Source: a virus (Duplodnaviria; Caudoviricetes). Taken from it: DNA of 29,091 bases. Where the stretch lies: positions 1-29,091 of IMG/VR virus record IMGVR_UViG_3300017909_004860, one strand, 5' to 3'. Made by a program: the position numbers and the translations under genes. The notes under the pieces are model-generated. The model saw only the letters and a list, made by a program, of their open reading frames with translations, was not told where the DNA came from and ran no database searches. Of this stretch, positions 23,791 through 29,091 are shown piece after piece (position 1 is the first letter of the stretch; each line of letters opens with the position of its first letter).

Positions 23791-24852
23791 ATGCAAACCT
23801 CCTTCCTCCCCGCTTCCGAAAAGGCCAACGTCACACAAGCCTTCCGCGTCAAACCCGTATGGGAGACCGCCGGTAGCGTTGCCTTCCCCGAGAACGCCAC
23901 ACCAAAGGAAGCCTTCGCAATCGCCAACGCCGACTTTGACGTTGAAGAAGTCGATCTCCAATGCGCCGAGACCGGCATCAAGATCCCGAGCCACAAACAG
24001 ATCAAACGCTCCGACGATGGCACCCGCCTGGGCATCGTTGGCCGCGATTGGGTGCCCGTCCAAAACAGCCAAATGATCGACCTGTTCAACTCCTTAGACG
24101 GTCAGATCTCGATCAACAACATCCTGGTGGTGGGCAACGGCAAAAAGATCTTTGCCACCGCCCAAGTCAACGAAGGCCGCGAAATTGCAGACGGTCACAT
24201 CGTCCGCCGCTACCTGCACGTCTACAACAGCCACTGCAGCGGCAGCAGCTACGGCGTCAACTTCAGTGACGTCAATCTGATCTGCGCCAATCAACTCAAC
24301 TTCATCACCGGCAAGCACGCCGCCAACGCAATCCGCGAAGGCAATGGCCTGCGCCACGCTCACACCCGAGGCGTGACCGATTTCGCCGCCAACCTCTCCC
24401 GGCTGATCGACGTCCAGAACCAACGGTTCAACCGCTCTGTTGAGGAGCTGGAGCGGATGCGCGACCGCACCATCGACCGCGACTTCACCGACGCCGTGCT
24501 GCGCCATCTCTATAAGAAGGAGCTGGCGGTGCCCAAGCGGATCAAGAACCCCGAGACAGGCGAAAAGCTGGAGCTAGATCGCGCCCTGTTTGAAGTGAAA
24601 GCGATTGACCGCATTCGCCGCCACATTCGGGATGGCTACGGCATGGAATCCGATGGCGTGCAGGGCACGGCCTACGGGCTGTTCCAGGCCATCACGCAAA
24701 CCTGCACCCACGACAGTTTCAAGGACAAAACCACCGAGGAGAAGGGCATGGATACCGAGACCGCCCGCCGTCGCCTGGAGTCCCTCTGGAGTGGTGGTGA
24801 GAACGCAAAGCGCATCAACCAGGCACGTCAGCTCATCCTCTCCGCAATCTGA
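23791..24852 (+). CDS. DUF932 / phage-plasmid TIGR03299-like protein
   Basis: RSDDGTRLGIVGRDWVPVQN, GKKIFATA, YL.VYNSH, ICANQL, H.HT, GTAYGLFQAIT...H. Confidence 0.85.
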   Translation: MQTSFLPASEKANVTQAFRVKPVWETAGSVAFPENATPKEAFAIANADFDVEEVDLQCAETGIKIPSHKQIKRSDDGTRLGIVGRDWVPVQNSQMIDLFNSLDGQISINNILVVGNGKKIFATAQVNEGREIADGHIVRRYLHVYNSHCSGSSYGVNFSDVNLICANQLNFITGKHAANAIREGNGLRHAHTRGVTDFAANLSRLIDVQNQRFNRSVEELERMRDRTIDRDFTDAVLRHLYKKELAVPKRIKNPETGEKLELDRALFEVKAIDRIRRHIRDGYGMESDGVQGTAYGLFQAITQTCTHDSFKDKTTEEKGMDTETARRRLESLWSGGENAKRINQARQLILSAI

Positions 24853-25046
24853 TGACCAACGAAATCCGCCACACCTTCTGGATCGTCCATGAAGACGGCC
24901 ATGAGGAGTCCTGGTCAACTGACCGCGACCTGCGAGGAGCCCTTCAGGATTTATCTGAGCGGCTCCGCTTCATCCCGAATTACAAGGACGTTCGGCACAA
25001 AGCGACCCTCCCTCACCCCGAGGGATTCGACATCGAAATCATCTGA
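24852..25046 (+). CDS. Hypothetical protein
   Basis: TGATG coupling to DUF932. Confidence 0.6.
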   Translation: MTNEIRHTFWIVHEDGHEESWSTDRDLRGALQDLSERLRFIPNYKDVRHKATLPHPEGFDIEII

Positions 25047-25164
25047 GAAACGGGGAGGGATCTCACCCCCTCCCCAACTCAATCCACTCAATGGTCTCTC
25101 AAAACCGTTGAGTCACGGGGTTTCTCAGGCCCCATGACCACCAATCTACCGTTTCAATCCACTC

Positions 25165-25389
25165 ATGTCCTTCAACCCAGATAGCGAGCAAAACAATGAC
25201 CTGCTCGCCGCTCTCAGCATTTCTGTCCTGGCCGATAAAGCCAAGCAAATCGCTCAGGCCCGCTTCCTCAACCCCAGTCTCCCCCGAGACCCTGACTTCC
25301 AGCCCCTGCTGGAGGAGATGGCCAAGGTTCTGATCGAATTTCTGGAAACCCAAAATAATCGCGATAAGGCTGGCGCACACCACGGGTAG
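25165..25389 (+). CDS. Hypothetical protein
   Basis: ATG overlaps the last base of a repeat copy. Confidence 0.65.
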   Translation: MSFNPDSEQNNDLLAALSISVLADKAKQIAQARFLNPSLPRDPDFQPLLEEMAKVLIEFLETQNNRDKAGAHHG

Positions 25390-25467
25390 CGTTCTACTTT
25401 GGTGAGAGTCGGCTGAGTCCCTGCACTGGGCACCAGGCCGCCGCCACCAAACCAAGAACGGCATCGC

Positions 25468-25656
25468 ATGCTCTCCTCGTCGCGTGCGCTGTATTCCGCT
25501 GTCAACTGCGACACAGGGATGCAGCTATGGACCACTTGTGCCTCAGAACACGAAATCCTTCAGGCCAATGAGAACCTTCGCTTGGCAGGACACCCTGCCC
25601 GTTTTTTCAGAGAGGGAGATCACAAGTTTGTCTCCTTACATTCTGCAAACGGGTGA
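25468..25656 (+). CDS. Hypothetical protein
   Basis: 62-aa ORF; EILQANENLR..G.P.RF pattern. Confidence 0.55.
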   Translation: MLSSSRALYSAVNCDTGMQLWTTCASEHEILQANENLRLAGHPARFFREGDHKFVSLHSANG

Positions 25657-25822
25657 TGAGGCTTTCATCTCTTTCTCGCGTGATCCCCATTCCACAAATC
25701 CATACGATTTGACCTGGAATGTCGAAGAAGCTCACCGCTTCTACACCCTCGACAAAGCGTTAGCAGTCCGCTCCGAGCTGGCTGTCCGCTTTGACGAAAT
25801 CACCTCAATCCTCTCACTCTGA
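25628..25822 (+). CDS. Hypothetical protein (start uncertain, TTG 25628)
   Basis: YILQTGDEAFIS...LTWNVEEAHRFYTLDKA; fills the gap. Confidence 0.45.
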   Translation: MSPYILQTGDEAFISFSRDPHSTNPYDLTWNVEEAHRFYTLDKALAVRSELAVRFDEITSILSL

Positions 25823-25830
25823 TTCTCACC

Positions 25831-26004
25831 ATGTCATCTCAAAACCCTTGGGTCGTTCTCGCGGCCTTTGCAGAAAATCTCGCGCCTCACGCCGAGAATG
25901 CTCTGAATGCTGTCGCTGCTGTATCCACAGCAGTTGTTGAGACAGATCGCTACCTCGCCGATCTGGACAGGCAAAGCAAAAACCTGCTTCCCCCGAGCAA
26001 CTAA
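25831..26004 (+). CDS. Small hypothetical protein (57 aa, absent from the ORF track)
   Basis: Preceded by a repeat copy; TAATG coupling to the next gene. Confidence 0.6.
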   Translation: MSSQNPWVVLAAFAENLAPHAENALNAVAAVSTAVVETDRYLADLDRQSKNLLPPSN

Positions 26005-26195
26005 TGAAAGGGCTGCTGCGCCACTGGTGGGGAACCTCCCACTGGTGGCTGGCCCTTATGGGCTTTTGTTTTTTGTCTGCCTTCCTGGGTGGACCCAAGT
26101 TCTTAGCAGGCATTGGCGTTGTCTTTGTCATCCATTCTCTCTACTTTTTTTCACTAACTTTCATTCTCCTGATCCGTGCCTGTTTTATCCGCTGA
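26004..26195 (+). CDS. Small membrane protein with two hydrophobic segments
   Basis: WWLALMGFCFLSAFLGG, FLAGIGVVFVIHSLYFFSLTFILLI. Confidence 0.6.
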   Translation: MKGLLRHWWGTSHWWLALMGFCFLSAFLGGPKFLAGIGVVFVIHSLYFFSLTFILLIRACFIR

Positions 26196-26202
26196 AGTCG
26201 CA

Positions 26203-26568
26203 GTGCGCTGCCCCGAGTGCGGCGCTATTGACACCAAGGTCACATCAATTAAATGGAATGAAAAAGGCACGCGAGTCCGGCGCTATCGGAAATGCAACGA
26301 GTGTGGGCACAAGTTCCGCACAACACAAGCCCGAGAGTTAGTTGATAACTGTGGGCGTCTGTTTAAAGCGACAGCCTTGGCACCACCGGACCCCCTCTTC
26401 GGTGAAGACAACCAAAACGCCGTTTTCACCGAGCGCAATATCCGTGACATGCGGATGGAGTACGCCTCAGGCAAGTTCTCCCAACGAGCGCTTGCTCAGA
26501 AATACGGCGTACATCAGAGCACGGTGTGCGACATCGTGAACCGTAAAACCTGGGCGCATGTTGAATAA
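26203..26568 (+). CDS. NrdR-like N-terminal zinc ribbon fused to an HTH domain
   Basis: RCPECG..DTKV...RVRRYRKCNECGHKFRT; GEDNQNAVFTE..IRDMR...SQRALAQKYGVHQSTVCDIVNRKTWAHV. Confidence 0.8.
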   Translation: MRCPECGAIDTKVTSIKWNEKGTRVRRYRKCNECGHKFRTTQARELVDNCGRLFKATALAPPDPLFGEDNQNAVFTERNIRDMRMEYASGKFSQRALAQKYGVHQSTVCDIVNRKTWAHVE

Positions 26569-26613
26569 CCGCTAAAGTGGCAGTGTTGGCATGCATTTTC
26601 AGCGCAAACTGCC

Positions 26614-27105
26614 ATGACAAAGCGCCGCCCATTAACTGAACGAATGAAGATCGCGGCGGGCTATTTGGCCGGTGGCATGCCCGTCAGAACCGTCGCGCAT
26701 CGACTCCACGTTGGAGAGCGCTCAGTATTCCACTGGAAAAAGCGAAAAGACTTTCAGCAAGAGATAAGAAGGCTCCAAGCAGAGAACCTTTCTATCTCAA
26801 CGGCTACAAACCTGGCTCTTTTACCCGGGGCAATCGAGACCCTCCAATCGATCATGTACAACACCGAGGATCGAGCTTCTGACCGCATCGCCGCCGCCAG
26901 AGCAATCATGAGCGGGGCAGAAGCCCACGCGGAAAGGAACGCTCTGGAAGCGCAGATCGTGGACCTGGAGCGCCAGCTCATGAGCACGCTCAGTCTCAAC
27001 CTCCCCGACCCAGACGACGCGGAGTATCAGGACGACCCCGAGGACGAAGAAATCGAGATCAACCCCCGGCAGCTCTTGGACGTCACCCCCGAGAAACCTG
27101 ACTGA
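26614..27105 (+). CDS. terS: Terminase small subunit (N-terminal HTH)
   Basis: VRTVAHRLHVGERSVFHWKKRKDFQ HTH, AIETL...RIAAARAIM; directly coupled to terL. Confidence 0.75.
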   Translation: MTKRRPLTERMKIAAGYLAGGMPVRTVAHRLHVGERSVFHWKKRKDFQQEIRRLQAENLSISTATNLALLPGAIETLQSIMYNTEDRASDRIAAARAIMSGAEAHAERNALEAQIVDLERQLMSTLSLNLPDPDDAEYQDDPEDEEIEINPRQLLDVTPEKPD

Positions 27106-28517
27106 TGGGAGCTTCCCTCGCTGGTCTCCGCCGCCGCGTCGAGCGAATGCAGGTGCAGCTCCAGAAGCAGCAAGAACGCAGCGCCCGCTTCGCGTCCGGC
27201 AAAAAGCAGACCAACCTTCCCGGGATTGAAGACTGGGCCAACTTTGCATCGAAGACTTACATCCGCACGTCAGGCACCGTCGCGCCATTTATCCCTTACC
27301 CATATCAAGTCGATCTGATTAAAAGCATCAATGAGAACCCAAACACGATCGTTCTCAAATCACGTCAGACCGGAATCAGTGAAACCGTCTGCAACTATCT
27401 TCTATGTCGCGCTCTCACAGAGCCTGGTTTCGCTGCTGTTACGTTCAGCAAAACTCAAACGGATGCAAGCGAGCTTGGTAAGCGGGTTCGCGCTATGGCA
27501 AATAGCATCCAGGGCGAGCCGTTCAAGTTCCTAACCGACTCAAATACCCAGCTATCAGTTGTAGGTGGTGGGACATTATTCTTTCTGCCCGCAACAGCCC
27601 GCGCAGCCCGAGGCATCCCTTCCTGCTCAGTCCTTTTCTTGGATGAAGGAGCCTTCCTCGAAGGTGCTCTTGAGATCTATTCAGCCGCCATGCCCACGCT
27701 CTCGATGGTGGGCGAAGCAGCCAAGGTCATCGTGGTCTCCACCCCCGGGACAGAGACCGATTTCTTCGGCCAGCTCTGGCTCACTGACGAGGGCAATTGG
27801 AACAAACAAACAGTCCACTATTCACAGCATCCTGTCTATTCAAAAGATCCAGAGTGGGCTCTAAAAACTAAGAATTCGCGTCGAATGACTGACGCGGCAT
27901 GGAATCAAGAGTACGAACTAATCTTTGGCGCAACAGATACTCAGGTTTACCCCACAAAGCTTGTCGACGCCTGTGCAACTGGCTATGAGGTGGAATGCGG
28001 CCTCGTAAATCGTTCCTACGTCCTAGGAATTGACCCTGCAGCTGGAGGAGCTGATGCGTTCGCCGCAATTGTCCTTGATATCACTGACCCAACATGCGCG
28101 GAAGTAGTGAAGGTCCACCAAGTGACCGGAAAGTCCACAGACTACAACTTACGGAAAATCAGAGAACTTATCGACGACTTCTTGCCGCAGCGGATCGTCG
28201 TCGAGAAGAATGGCATCGGTCAGGTCATAGCCGAAGCGATGGCCCTGTACTTTTCTGGCCAGATGATCGAGACATTCTTGACGAGTAGACCAAGTAAAAT
28301 CACTGTTACTGACAGGATTCTCTACCTGATGGAGAAGGGTGGCATTAAGTATCCAAAGGGCAATATCGTCTCCGAGCTAAAGGCATTCCGACAGAATGAA
28401 GACGGTAGCCGTGAGGCTGCACCCGGTTTTCATGACGATTTGGTTCTCGCGCTTGCCTTCGCATGCAGCCTTATCCCCGAGGTTGTTCCCACCGCAGCAT
28501 TCTTTGACCATGTCTAA
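27105..28517 (+). CDS. terL: Terminase large subunit
   Basis: PYPYQ, VLKSRQTGISE, LFLDE, VSTP, QEY, LGIDPA, VEKNGIG, HDDLVLALA. Confidence 0.94.
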   Translation: MGASLAGLRRRVERMQVQLQKQQERSARFASGKKQTNLPGIEDWANFASKTYIRTSGTVAPFIPYPYQVDLIKSINENPNTIVLKSRQTGISETVCNYLLCRALTEPGFAAVTFSKTQTDASELGKRVRAMANSIQGEPFKFLTDSNTQLSVVGGGTLFFLPATARAARGIPSCSVLFLDEGAFLEGALEIYSAAMPTLSMVGEAAKVIVVSTPGTETDFFGQLWLTDEGNWNKQTVHYSQHPVYSKDPEWALKTKNSRRMTDAAWNQEYELIFGATDTQVYPTKLVDACATGYEVECGLVNRSYVLGIDPAAGGADAFAAIVLDITDPTCAEVVKVHQVTGKSTDYNLRKIRELIDDFLPQRIVVEKNGIGQVIAEAMALYFSGQMIETFLTSRPSKITVTDRILYLMEKGGIKYPKGNIVSELKAFRQNEDGSREAAPGFHDDLVLALAFACSLIPEVVPTAAFFDHV

Positions 28518-28719
28518 AGGCCCCGGCAAACTCTTCCAAAAACCCGTGAGATTCCTCAAAGGCATTGAAACCATGGCTCGCGAAAGGCTGGCCATCTGCC
28601 ACCAATGCGAGCACTGGGATAAACAATTCGGTCGCTGCAAGCTTTGTGGTTGCATCCTCAAAGCAAAAGCCCGAGTACCTAGCTCCCGCTGTCCTGCGAA
28701 TAAGTGGCCGGTGCTGTAG
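28510..28719 (+). CDS. Small Cys-rich protein (DUF6171-like)
   Basis: ERLAICHQCEH...RCKLCGCILKAKAR...CPANKW. Confidence 0.75.
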   Translation: MSKGPGKLFQKPVRFLKGIETMARERLAICHQCEHWDKQFGRCKLCGCILKAKARVPSSRCPANKWPVL

Positions 28720-28864
28720 GCAGCCCCTCCAGGATCATCGTTCCAATCATGCTCTTGGAGGCGAAGTGCATCTCCAGGAGCGCTCTACAGATGGATTTCA
28801 ACTCATCCATGGATTGGCAACGCTCAATGTCGTGGTGAGCCTTGATCCGAACCAGCTGATCCAT
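28679..28864 (-). CDS. Small helical protein, NblA-like candidate
   Basis: IERCQSMDELKSICRALLEMHF resembles helix-loop-helix cyanophage NblA-like proteins; recognition is weak. Confidence 0.4.
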   Translation of the reverse strand: MDQLVRIKAHHDIERCQSMDELKSICRALLEMHFASKSMIGTMILEGLPTAPATYSQDSGS

Positions 28865-28983
28865 CTGTATCCAGCGGATACACCTTGGTAACCACGGTGC
28901 AGACGGAGGTCAACCAGATTATGATTTGTGTGCGGAAGCGTGTACCACCACCTCCCGCGTGACCGATTCAGCGCATTGAACCG

Positions 28984-29091
28984 ATGAGCAAAGCCTACTC
29001 AGGCCCGAGGTACAAGCACCCGCTGTATTCCATTTGGATTGGAATCAAGTGCAGGTGCAGAAAGGGCCGGTACTACTGGAGAGGGATCAAA
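28984..29091 (+). CDS. HNH-type endonuclease, N-terminal fragment truncated by the window end
   Basis: KHPLYSIWIGIKCRC...YYWRGIK matches the Y.IW.GMK.RC...RGI motif. Confidence 0.65.
   Translation, partial: MSKAYSGPRYKHPLYSIWIGIKCRCRKGRYYWRGIK

Larger units (their letters stand above)
20467..25816 (+). repeat. Dispersed start-associated repeat, consensus TCAATCCACTCA, nine plus-strand copies
   Basis: Copies at 20467, 20793, 22134, 23257, 23558, 23764, 25079, 25154, 25805, each with at most 1 mismatch and each 0-21 nt before an ATG. Confidence 0.9.

Noticed and set aside
20467-25816. CRISPR array or mini-array formed by the TCAATCCACTCA repeats
   Set aside because: Repeats are only 12 nt, irregularly spaced and separated by whole genes; the Cas4-like gene is an ordinary phage exonuclease

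Overview
The window is a 29-kb internal segment of a free (not integrated) temperate tailed dsDNA phage that very likely infects a picocyanobacterium (Synechococcus/Cyanobium type). Gene order: (1) end of the tail/lysis module: Mtd_N-type fibre, holin-like protein, GH19 endolysin, Ig-like virion protein; (2) integration module: NUMOD4/HNH, attP (3' part of tRNA-Pro GGG), tyrosine integrase, excisionase-like HTH; (3) minus-strand replication module: PrimPol-Zn finger-helicase, PolA, cyanobacterial AbrB, RecD/Dda-like helicase; (4) plus-strand DNA metabolism and regulation: HTH proteins, SSB-like protein, PD-(D/E)XK exonuclease, HNH-AP2, dNMP kinase, ThyX, sigma70 factor; (5) a highly structured ~540-bp non-coding control region; (6) an early cluster of small genes including gp88-like and DUF932; (7) terminase small and large subunits and an NblA-like candidate. 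The most notable signals are four. First, attP lies inside one uninterrupted HNH-to-integrase reading frame, so integration would split that gene. Second, an exact cyanobacterial rRNA BoxA (GAACCTTGAAAA) heads the early operon, followed by structured RNA elements and a 12-nt start-associated repeat (TCAATCCACTCA, 11 copies). Third, a palindromic operator fills the 17-bp spacer of two sigma70 promoters. Fourth, an iteron-like GGTGTGTC cluster sits inside the primase-helicase 3' end. All protein calls come from motif recognition by eye; no database searches were run.
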